Under the pieces are notes generated by a model. That model was not told the DNA's origin and searched no databases. It worked only from the letters and a program-made list of their open reading frames with translations. From Syntrophobacteraceae bacterium (GTDB lineage Bacteria; Desulfobacterota; Syntrophobacteria; Syntrophobacterales; Syntrophobacteraceae): a stretch of DNA of 32,000 bases. Positions within the stretch are counted from its first letter, which is position 1, and each line of letters begins with the position of its first letter. Below are positions 18,238 through 25,213 of the stretch, in pieces. Made by a program: the position numbers and the translations under genes. The stretch lies in NCBI GenBank assembly GCA_031292215.1, contig JARLHO010000148.1:1-32000 (forward strand), in the 5' to 3' direction.

Positions 18238-19584
18238 ATGACAGAACAGGTATCATTGCTCATTGTCGACGATGAACCGTCGGTCCGCGATTCCCTCATG
18301 CACTGGTTTCTGCAGGAGGGCTACCGTGTGGAGACCGCCGCCGAAGCGATGGAAGCCCTGGGGAGGATGCGCGATTCAAGTTTCGACATCATTCTTTTGG
18401 ACATCAAGATGCCCGGAATGGACGGAATCGAGCTTCAACGGCGGTTGAAGGAAATAGACAGCCAACTGGCCATCGTAATCATGACCGCCTATGCGTCGGT
18501 TGACACCGCCATTCAGGCGCTCAAACAGGGCGCCTACGACTACATAACCAAGCCGGTCGACCCCGACGATCTGAGCAGACTCATCCGCAACGCCGCCGTA
18601 CAGCGCCGGCTCATGCGCGAAAATCTCACCCTGAAAGAAGAAATCCGCTCCCTTGTTTCCACCAACCAGATCGTCGGAGAAAGCCACCAGATGCTGGAGG
18701 TGCTAAAGACCATCCAAACGGTGGCGCAAAGCGACGTCACCGTGATGATCCAGGGGGCTTCCGGCACGGGCAAGGAACTTGTCGCCAGGGCAATCCACTT
18801 CAACAGCAGGCGCAAGTATTTCCCGCTGATCACCCTGAATTGCGGCGCCATGACCGATACGCTGGTTGAATCCGAGCTTTTCGGCCACGAACGTGGAGCG
18901 TTCACCGGCGCGCAGTACAGGCGCAAAGGCAAACTGGAGCTCGCCCACAAAGGCGCCCTTTTCCTCGATGAAATAGGCAACATCGGCCCGAAGACCCAGA
19001 TGGATTTGCTGCGCGTAATCGAAACCAAGCGCTTCACCCGGGTTGGGGGAAACGAGGTCGTCCAGGCGGACTTTCGCATCATCTCGGCCACCAACAAGAA
19101 CCTCGAAGACGCGGTAAAGGAAGGAACGTTTAGAGAAGACCTCTACTACCGTTTGAATGTCTTCAATATCCAGTTGCCGTCTCTAAAGGAGCGGACCTCG
19201 GACATCCCGCTGCTTGTAAATCATTTCGTGGCAAAGTTCGCGACAGCCATGAACAAACCCTTCACGGGAGTCGACGCAGGGGCGATGGAGCTTCTCAAAC
19301 AAAAGAGCTGGCCGGGCAATGTGCGGGAACTCCAAAACGCCATGGAAAGGGCGGTGGTCCTTGGGAAGCCTCCCCTTATAACCGCCCCGGACCTTGCCGG
19401 CCTCGTCGAGCAAAGCCCCCTTTCGGAGGCCGACGAGGTGCTGCCGCTGGCCCAGATCGAAAAGCGCCACATTCAATTAGCGCTGGACAAGAGCGGGGGC
19501 AACGTGTCGCTTGCCGCTCAGTTGCTCCAGGTCGACAGGGCTACTGTCTACAACAAAATCAAAAAATACGGCCTGCTGTATTGA
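18238..19584 (+). CDS. Sigma-54-dependent response regulator (NtrC/AtoC/ZraR family)
   Basis: Receiver domain (LLIVDDEP...LLDIKMPGMDG), AAA+ domain with GASGTGKE Walker A and the sigma-54 contact loop ESELFGHERGAFTGA, and a C-terminal Fis-type HTH (NVSLAAQLLQVDRATVYNKIKKYGL). Start ATG 18238 (MTEQ) follows GGGAGAAG. Confidence 0.9.
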   Translation: MTEQVSLLIVDDEPSVRDSLMHWFLQEGYRVETAAEAMEALGRMRDSSFDIILLDIKMPGMDGIELQRRLKEIDSQLAIVIMTAYASVDTAIQALKQGAYDYITKPVDPDDLSRLIRNAAVQRRLMRENLTLKEEIRSLVSTNQIVGESHQMLEVLKTIQTVAQSDVTVMIQGASGTGKELVARAIHFNSRRKYFPLITLNCGAMTDTLVESELFGHERGAFTGAQYRRKGKLELAHKGALFLDEIGNIGPKTQMDLLRVIETKRFTRVGGNEVVQADFRIISATNKNLEDAVKEGTFREDLYYRLNVFNIQLPSLKERTSDIPLLVNHFVAKFATAMNKPFTGVDAGAMELLKQKSWPGNVRELQNAMERAVVLGKPPLITAPDLAGLVEQSPLSEADEVLPLAQIEKRHIQLALDKSGGNVSLAAQLLQVDRATVYNKIKKYGLLY

Positions 19585-19594
19585 ATGGAAAATA

Positions 19595-20125
19595 ATGATA
19601 CTGCTGATCGCCATTGATTTCCGGGGTGATATCGACTATCTCCGCGACCAGATCGGGACCCGCTTTCACTCAAAAGTGGACGTTTCCATAAACGGGTTGG
19701 ACCCCAAACCTTTCCTCAATCCCGACCGCAACCAGTTCAACTCCACTTCGATCATCCAACGATTGGAAAAGGACGCGCCTTCGACGGCATCGAAGGTGCT
19801 CGCCGTTACAAGCCTGGACCTGTATATCCCTATTTTGACCTTCGTATTCGGCGAGGCGCGTTTAAACGGCCAATGCGCGGTCGTTAGCTCCTACCGCCTC
19901 GACAACAGGTCCTACGGTCTGCCCGACAACCCTTCGCTTTTGCAGGAACGCCTCCTCAAGGAATCCATCCATGAGCTTGGCCACACCTTCGGTCTCATCC
20001 ACTGCCAGAACCCCGATTGCGTGATGAAATCCTCCACATACGTCGAAGAGATCGACTTCAAGAGCAGCCGGTTTTGCCTCGCGTGCATGGACTCCTGCGC
20101 CACAGCCCTGTCCCGGCTGAAATAA
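19595..20125 (+). CDS. Archaemetzincin-type zinc metalloprotease
   Basis: 176 aa from ATG 19595. HELGHTFGLIHCQNPDCVM (HExxHxxGxxHC) plus a C-terminal CxxC (FCLAC), as in the archaemetzincin (AmzA) family. It starts 11 nt after the regulator's stop. Confidence 0.8.
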   Translation: MILLIAIDFRGDIDYLRDQIGTRFHSKVDVSINGLDPKPFLNPDRNQFNSTSIIQRLEKDAPSTASKVLAVTSLDLYIPILTFVFGEARLNGQCAVVSSYRLDNRSYGLPDNPSLLQERLLKESIHELGHTFGLIHCQNPDCVMKSSTYVEEIDFKSSRFCLACMDSCATALSRLK

Positions 20126-20202
20126 CGGGCCGGCTGGGTTGTGGATCGGAGCGAACAGGGAACTTCGCAAAAACCCTCGAACCAACTCCGGTGGCATTCT
20201 AT

Positions 20203-20317
20203 TCTAATGCAGTTTTTCTGTTAAATCAAGTCGTTAGGATTTATTCCGATCAAACCCCAATAAGTCGTCGCCTCTGCGACTCTGCGGCAGCTTTCTTAAT
20301 TAGAACAAATTTAGCGT
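20203..20317 (+). repeat. Direct repeat unit A (115 bp)
   Basis: tctaatgcagtttttctgttaaatcaagtcgttagga...gatcaaaccccaataagtcgtcgcctctgcg[actctgc]g..ctttcttaattagaacaaatttagcgt. It aligns with unit B at 20942-21136 in the same orientation. Confidence 0.75.
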
Positions 20318-20526
20318 CCCTCCCCTCCTTCTCGGAGCAAAAGAGGCTGATTCGGCGCTGATACACCGAGCCGGCCACCGATCTGAGGGGCGGCTGCCAA
20401 CACATCCCGGGGGCCGGCAGCGAAGGGGAAAGAGGTGAGACATTTACCCCCCCTGTGCTGAAAAAACAGCAAAAAAACAAAGCCCGTCTTTTATTAACCA
20501 ACCGATTTCACGTGACATATTCGATT

Positions 20527-20606
20527 CACAGCGCCCAAATAACAGCCATGGAACAGCATGGGTAACAGCAGAGTTAACAGCACAATAACAGCAGTAATTT
20601 ACAGCA
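20527..20606 (+). repeat. Array 1: seven (A)ACAGC(A) motifs at 11-14 bp phasing
   Basis: ACAGC starts at 20528, 20542, 20553, 20565, 20577, 20588 and 20601 (intervals 14, 11, 12, 12, 11, 13). A given pentamer is expected about once per kb per strand. The array ends 5 nt before the SD GGAGGAG (20611-20617). Confidence 0.8.
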
Positions 20607-20627
20607 GATAGGAGGAGACGCAAATGA

Positions 20628-20638
20628 GGGGGGGGGGG
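20628..20638 (+). repeat. G11 homopolymer immediately after an SD-preceded ATG
   Basis: ggaggagacgcaaATGa-g11-ctt, with ATG at 20624. As written the ORF stops after 18 codons (TAG 20678-20680). Confidence 0.9.
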
Positions 20639-20787
20639 CTTAAAAGCGATTCAGTATTCAGTTTTAAAAGAACGTCGTAGCGAGCAGGGGAAAAGATATT
20701 CGCGGCGGGGCGATACCCCTGGTGCATCGGAGCCCTTTGGCCCGTTAATCCGCAAGGGATATAGCACGAAACTGATTAGCTCTGCAA

Positions 20788-20862
20788 AACGGCAACGAGA
20801 AACGGAAACGAGGAGCGGCAAATGAAACGGCGACCAGAAACGGCAAAAGTCCATGCGGCAAC
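20788..20862 (+). repeat. Array 2: six (A/G)(A/G)CGG(C/A)(A/G)A motifs at 12-15 bp phasing
   Basis: aacggcaa 20788, aacggaaa 20801, agcggcaa 20814, aacggcga 20826, aacggcaa 20839, tgcggcaa 20854 (intervals 13, 13, 12, 13, 15). The consensus AACGGCA differs from array 1 (AACAGCA) by one base. The SD GAGGAG (20810-20815) and ATG 20822 are embedded in it. Confidence 0.75.
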
Positions 20863-20941
20863 TGAGCAGGGATGATGGGAAGATGATGAAACGCAAGCCA
20901 TACAAAAGATTGAGGGGGTAAGAGGGCAGAGGTTATCCTGG

Positions 20942-21136
20942 TCTAATGCAGTCCTTCTGCTTAATCCAGCAGTCAGGGACCATCTGGAAACCCCGGCCGT
21001 GGGGGCGGTGAGCACAAGCATCACCATGTCCACCAAGAAATTTCCGGATGGACAGACTATTTGGGACTGGTCCCGGTCAAAGCCCGATAAGTCGTCGCCT
21101 CTGCGGTATTCTTTCTTTTTAGAACAAATTTACCGT
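20942..21136 (+). repeat. Direct repeat unit B (195 bp; the unit A sequence plus a ~96 bp internal insertion and a 7-bp deletion)
   Basis: 20942-20979 (tctaatgcagtccttctgcttaatccagcagtcaggga) matches the A 5' part. 21076-21136 (gtcaaagcccgataagtcgtcgcctctgcggtattctttctttttagaacaaatttaccgt) matches the A 3' part. Confidence 0.75.
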
Positions 21137-21548
21137 GAAAACCAACTCAGGAACCTTTGACAGGATGGACGGCAACCATGTATAGTAGCAGGGTGGTCGT
21201 TAGGCAACGTTTTCGCGTCGCCAGGTTAAATGGGTCTCCAATCGAACCGATTTCAATTTCTATTCTCTCTTTCTGGCTTTCCTCTTCAGGACCGATTTGC
21301 GACGCCGGCGGCGTCCATTTTGCCACGCGCCGGATTGTCGCCGCGCTGTAAAGATCCATTTCTACCGATTCGGCAAGATATCTGCCGGCGTGGTGTATTC
21401 TGGTCAATGGGAATTTATCCGGCAAGGAACTAACGGCTCTTTAGCCTGGCACACTGTACATGCTGACGGAGATCTGTGGACGGAGGGCGGGAAAAGACTT
21501 CCGGTGCGGATATGGTCTCCAATAGCCCAAAAATAAGGAGATGGACCG

Positions 21549-21896
21549 ATGTTGAAAAAAGCAATGGTATGCGGGGCGATTGTATGTTTGATGGCCGGTT
21601 ATGGATACGGCAGCGCGAAGGGGGCCGATTTTGCAAAAGGTAAAACGCTCTTTACTTCCCGGTGCGTTCTTTGCCACGGCGCCGAAGGCAAAGGCAACGG
21701 GCCCGCGGCCATGACGCTCAGCCCCAAGCCGGCCGATTTCACCAGCAAGACTTTTTGGCAGACCCCCGATATTGATCGGACAATGACCGATTTTATAAAA
21801 AACGGCAAGGGGCCCATGCCGGCTTTCCCCGATCTGTCGGCCGGCGATATTCAAGACGTCGTCCAGTATATCGAGCACGCTTTCAAACCCAAATGA
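21549..21896 (+). CDS. Periplasmic monohaem class-I-type cytochrome c
   Basis: 115 aa with a signal peptide, a single CVLCH, GKGNGPAA, and the distal Met region GKGPMPAF. AAGGAG lies 8 nt upstream. Confidence 0.8.
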   Translation: MLKKAMVCGAIVCLMAGYGYGSAKGADFAKGKTLFTSRCVLCHGAEGKGNGPAAMTLSPKPADFTSKTFWQTPDIDRTMTDFIKNGKGPMPAFPDLSAGDIQDVVQYIEHAFKPK

Positions 21897-21910
21897 ACGT
21901 TTTCCGGGCT

Positions 21911-21939
21911 GGAGGCGGCCATTCCTTTTGCCCGCCTCC
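21911..21939 (+). terminator. Hairpin after the monohaem cytochrome gene (possible attenuator or partial terminator)
   Basis: ggaggcgg (21911-21918) / ccgcctcc (21932-21939) with a 13-nt loop. It is followed by a C-run rather than a U-run. Confidence 0.3.
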
Positions 21940-22092
21940 CCCCCGCTTAGCCTACCCTGAAGCCGCCTTTTGCCGGTTTTTAAGGACGCCCCCGCCCCCC
22001 CCGGGAGGAGGTGAAGAGCTCGCGCAATGCGTGCCGCGCTAAAGCCCCGAGAGTCCGGTTACGTGCAGTTTTTCCCTTGGAGGAGGAGAGAA

Positions 22093-23466
22093 ATGGGCAT
22101 CAAACGGTTTAGCAAACTCATCTTCTTATTGGCCGTGGCTGGATTTCTTGGCGTCCTGACGGCAAGGCAAGCCCGGGCGGTGCCAAGTTTTGCGCGCCAG
22201 ACGGGCCAAGCCTGTTCCACATGCCATACTATGTTTCCCGAACTGACGCCATTCGGACGCACCTTTAAATTAACGGGCTACGTATTGAATAAGGACGGCG
22301 CCTCCCATCCGAGCGCGCCACCGGTGGCGGCCATGGTCCAACTCTCTCTCACGCACACCCGGCAGGCGCAGGCGCCCGGCTCTTTGCCGGATAACGGCTG
22401 GTCTCTTCACGCGCTTAGCTCCGAAAACGATGTGGCCGGCACGCCTCAGGCGGCCAGCCTGTTCTATGGAGGCCAGATATACGGCCATTGGGGCGCGCTC
22501 ATCCAGGGAACTTACTCAAACACCGATAACCGCTCATTTTTGGACATGTCGGATATTCGCTATGCGAACTCCACCTCGTTTTGCGGCAAGAACCTCATTT
22601 ACGGATTTACTTTCAATAACAACCCGACATCCGAAGACGTCTGGAACTCGACGCCGGCGTGGAGCTATCCGTATGGCTTTTCAGACGTCGGGCCAACTCC
22701 TGTTACGCCGGTCGCGGCCCCATTGATCTTTTCTCTATCCTCCTTGGTGGGAGGCGCGGGCGCTTACGTTTACTGGAACAACTGGCTCTACGTCGAGACC
22801 GCCGTCTACCGCACGTCCCTCGACGGGATCACCGCTCCATTCGGAGCGGGAGGTCATCCGCTCGGCGCTTATACCGACGGAGGCATCCCTTATTGGCGCC
22901 TGGCGCTCACACACCAATACGGCCCTCATTCGTTTGAAATCGGCACCTACGGGTTGGCGGCAAGAGTCTATTCCAGTTACCCCAGCCCACCTGCCGACAA
23001 TTACCGGGACGTGGCCTTCGATGCGCAATATCAGTATATTTTCGGCAATCAATCCTTTTCGGCGCAGACAACCTGGGTGCATGAAGACCAGGACCTTACC
23101 GCCAGCGTCAACTCAGGAATTCCTAGCAACCTCACCAACTATCTGGACACTTTCAAGATCAACGGCAACTACTATTACCGAACGAAACATTGCGGGCAAC
23201 TCGGAGGGACGCTTTCGTATTTTTCGACAACCGGAAGCGACGACGCCTCGCTCTACAGCACTGCCGCCTCCCCGAACGGCAATCCCAACAGTCACGGCGA
23301 AATACTCGAACTGGACTACATGCCGCCCTGGCACGACTACGGACCGGGCGGATTGGGTTTCGCCAAGTTCACGCTGCAGTATGTCATCTTCAACGAGTTT
23401 AACGGCAGCAGTAGCGGAGCATCCGCCAACAACACTCTCTATCTTCTCGCCTGGTTCATGTTCTGA
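22093..23466 (+). CDS. Fused monohaem cytochrome / outer-membrane beta-barrel protein (Cyc2-like architecture)
   Basis: 457 aa from ATG 22093 (GGAGGAGGAG SD). Signal peptide ...LTARQARA. It then reads VPSFARQTGQACSTCHTMFPELTPFGRTFKLTGY (one CXXCH), followed by ~400 aa of alternating aromatic/polar strands rich in Y/G/N/S/T, ending ...LYLLAWFMF (terminal Phe, an OMP signature). Confidence 0.7.
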   Translation: MGIKRFSKLIFLLAVAGFLGVLTARQARAVPSFARQTGQACSTCHTMFPELTPFGRTFKLTGYVLNKDGASHPSAPPVAAMVQLSLTHTRQAQAPGSLPDNGWSLHALSSENDVAGTPQAASLFYGGQIYGHWGALIQGTYSNTDNRSFLDMSDIRYANSTSFCGKNLIYGFTFNNNPTSEDVWNSTPAWSYPYGFSDVGPTPVTPVAAPLIFSLSSLVGGAGAYVYWNNWLYVETAVYRTSLDGITAPFGAGGHPLGAYTDGGIPYWRLALTHQYGPHSFEIGTYGLAARVYSSYPSPPADNYRDVAFDAQYQYIFGNQSFSAQTTWVHEDQDLTASVNSGIPSNLTNYLDTFKINGNYYYRTKHCGQLGGTLSYFSTTGSDDASLYSTAASPNGNPNSHGEILELDYMPPWHDYGPGGLGFAKFTLQYVIFNEFNGSSSGASANNTLYLLAWFMF

Positions 23467-23593
23467 TGGGGCGCGGGAGGGGGACTGTTTCCTATTGGCC
23501 GGGAGGGCGGCCGGGGAGTCAAGGGGGCAACATTGGCGCAGTGACTCCGAAAAAAGAGTTGCGGGCGATAACTTTTCAAGTCAAGGCTAAGAT

Positions 23594-24331
23594 GTGAACG
23601 AGCATAAATGGATGTGGGCCGTATGTTGTACGGTTTTCCTCGTGCTAAGCGGTTCGCCGGCGCATGCCCAACAGGGGCGCATTGCTTGCATTACCTGCCA
23701 TGAAGCTTTGGGCGGATCATTGGCCAAGCCTATCACCGACTGGAGGGGCTCCATTCATTACCAGCACGGAATTACCTGCGACCGCTGCCACGGCGGCAAC
23801 GCCAAGGTAGAGGTGGGCAACGTGCTGCAACTCTCCGGCCCCCAGTTTGCGGCCATACAATCCGGGGCCATGTCGAAGGCAAACGGCTTTGTCGGCAAAC
23901 CCTCGGGCAAGCAACTGTTCGCTATGTGCGCAAAGTGCCATCCCGCTTCGGTGGGCAGGTACGCGGGCAGCGTCATGGGCATCGCCTATCTCCAAAAAAA
24001 GGGTGGGCCTTCCTGCATCGCTTGCCACCAACCCCATCGCAACGTCATCCCCGAGGTCCCCCAAGTCTGTTCGAGGTGCCATAAGGATACTACCGGATTC
24101 ACGCAGATCGACCCGATGAACGTTACGGATGCGTCCATAACCCAGCTTTCCAATATCCGCATCCAACTGGCCCGGGAGAAGACTCAGGGCGCCAGACCGT
24201 CGCTGGCCCCACGGTTTGCGGGAGAAATTGGTTCCTTCCAGGTAGGGTTGCTGGCATTCGGGGCGATCATTTTTCTTTTCCTGATCGGCTATGTGGTTTA
24301 TGCAATTTTTGAGAAGGGGGATGAAAAATGA
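23594..24331 (+). CDS. Pentahaem c-type cytochrome with a C-terminal membrane anchor
   Basis: Five CXXCH motifs: CITCH, CDRCH, CAKCH, CIACH, CSRCH. N-terminal signal, and a C-terminal TM helix VGLLAFGAIIFLFLIGYVVYAIF. The start is GTG 23594 or ATG 23612. Confidence 0.85.
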   Translation: MNEHKWMWAVCCTVFLVLSGSPAHAQQGRIACITCHEALGGSLAKPITDWRGSIHYQHGITCDRCHGGNAKVEVGNVLQLSGPQFAAIQSGAMSKANGFVGKPSGKQLFAMCAKCHPASVGRYAGSVMGIAYLQKKGGPSCIACHQPHRNVIPEVPQVCSRCHKDTTGFTQIDPMNVTDASITQLSNIRIQLAREKTQGARPSLAPRFAGEIGSFQVGLLAFGAIIFLFLIGYVVYAIFEKGDEK

Positions 24332-24591
24332 GTTTCGAGGTCCTTCGGGAAAAGAAGCCCTCCTGTTCGACGATCTCCATGGTCCTGGTCGTTTTTCTGT
24401 CGGCGCTTCTTTTCGGCATGGCGGCGGCTTTCGCCTACTTGCTGTTATCCGGGATGGGCAATGACTATCAACTCGGCGCCCTGTTGGCGCTCGAGTTCTT
24501 TGTGGCCGGCGTGCTGCTCGTTTTTTACGCGAAAAATTTTTCCTCGTTTCGAGAGGTCTCCGAGGAGCGCGATGAGGGGGTGTTATGGTAG
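24328..24591 (+). CDS. Small 2-TM membrane protein, translationally coupled on both sides
   Basis: 87 aa with two hydrophobic helices (ISMVLVVFLSALLFGMAAAFAYLLL; LGALLALEFFVAGVLLVFY). Its ATG overlaps the upstream stop (ATGA), and its end overlaps the Rieske start by 7 nt. Confidence 0.55.
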   Translation: MSFEVLREKKPSCSTISMVLVVFLSALLFGMAAAFAYLLLSGMGNDYQLGALLALEFFVAGVLLVFYAKNFSSFREVSEERDEGVLW

Positions 24592-25196
24592 AGACGAACT
24601 CCGAGGGCAAGGAGGGGAAGGTAACGCGCAGGCAATTTGCCCGAGGCTTTCTCCTGGCCGCCGTAGCAGGGGCTTTCGGCTCTCTTTTGTCGCTTCTCAA
24701 AGTGTTGTCGCCCCCGGCAAGCAAGGGCGGCGGCTATGTGGCCACCGTGGCGTTGGGGGACCTTCTGGTCTACGCCAAGGGCAGCAGGCAGGGAAGTTTG
24801 TTAAAGGCTTCGGATTTCCAGGTCGGGGACGCAGTCCTTGCTTATCCTCAGGGCAAAACCGGCAACGAGGCCAATCTCGTTCAACTCATTCGCATGAAGG
24901 AGAAGGAGTTCAAGCCGCCGACCCGCCTGGAGCTAACCGACCAGGGGTTTGTAGCCTACAGCGCCATCTGCACTCATCTCGGCTGCACGGTCTCGTGGAT
25001 GAAAAACGAAAAGGATCCCGGGGCCTCTTACACCGAATGTTTCTGTCATAACAGCATCTTCAATCCGGCGCGGGGGGCCAGGGTCATCGGAGGGCCCGCA
25101 CCGATCCCGCTGGCCCAGATCGGGGTCAAGGTATCCAAGGACGGAACCCTTGTTTTTACCAGCGGCTTTTCCGGCCCTGTCGGCCCGCAGGTTTGA
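24585..25196 (+). CDS. Rieske [2Fe-2S] subunit of a cytochrome bc-type complex
   Basis: Tat-like RRQFARGFLLAAVAGAFG, then CTHLGCTVSW and CFCHNSIF (CxHxGC...CxCH). Confidence 0.9.
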   Translation: MVETNSEGKEGKVTRRQFARGFLLAAVAGAFGSLLSLLKVLSPPASKGGGYVATVALGDLLVYAKGSRQGSLLKASDFQVGDAVLAYPQGKTGNEANLVQLIRMKEKEFKPPTRLELTDQGFVAYSAICTHLGCTVSWMKNEKDPGASYTECFCHNSIFNPARGARVIGGPAPIPLAQIGVKVSKDGTLVFTSGFSGPVGPQV

Positions 25197-25213
25197 CGTC
25201 GGAGGAAACGGCG

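Noticed and set aside
20188-20212. TGGCATtctattctaatGC sigma-54-like element at the start of direct repeat A
   Set aside because: The GG-to-GC spacing is 14 nt, and there is no TTGC-type -12 box.
20527-20862. CRISPR array interpretation of the short periodic repeats
   Set aside because: The repeats are 5-8 nt with 4-8 nt 'spacers', far below CRISPR dimensions. No cas genes are in the window.
20606-20900. GEMM-I (c-di-GMP/cGAMP) riboswitch, looked for because such riboswitches precede cytochrome genes in Geobacter
   Set aside because: Only fragments such as gACGCAAAtg (20618-20626) and aACGCAAGCC (20889-20898) occur. The paired GGGCAAAcc...GGGACGCAAAGCC...GGUAGC..UACCGA architecture is absent.
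21147-21425. 92-aa minus-strand ORF (MPDKFPLTRIHHAGRYLAES...) in the gene-free region
   Set aside because: It has a TTG start without an SD, the internal ATG also lacks an SD, and no motif is recognised. It is left uncalled and would need a homology search.
21447-21464. TGGCAC...TGC sigma-54-like element upstream of the cytochrome cluster
   Set aside because: GG and GC are separated by 12 nt (tGGcacactgtacatGC) rather than the strict 10.
21916-21932. cGGccattccttttGCc sigma-54-like element upstream of the porin-cytochrome gene
   Set aside because: GG-N11-GC is one base off, the -24 region is poor (CGGCCA), and the element is part of the 21911-21939 hairpin.
23717-24724. 335-aa minus-strand ORF across the pentahaem, small-protein and Rieske genes
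   Set aside because: It is an Arg/Pro-rich shadow ORF opposite three well-supported, translationally coupled genes.
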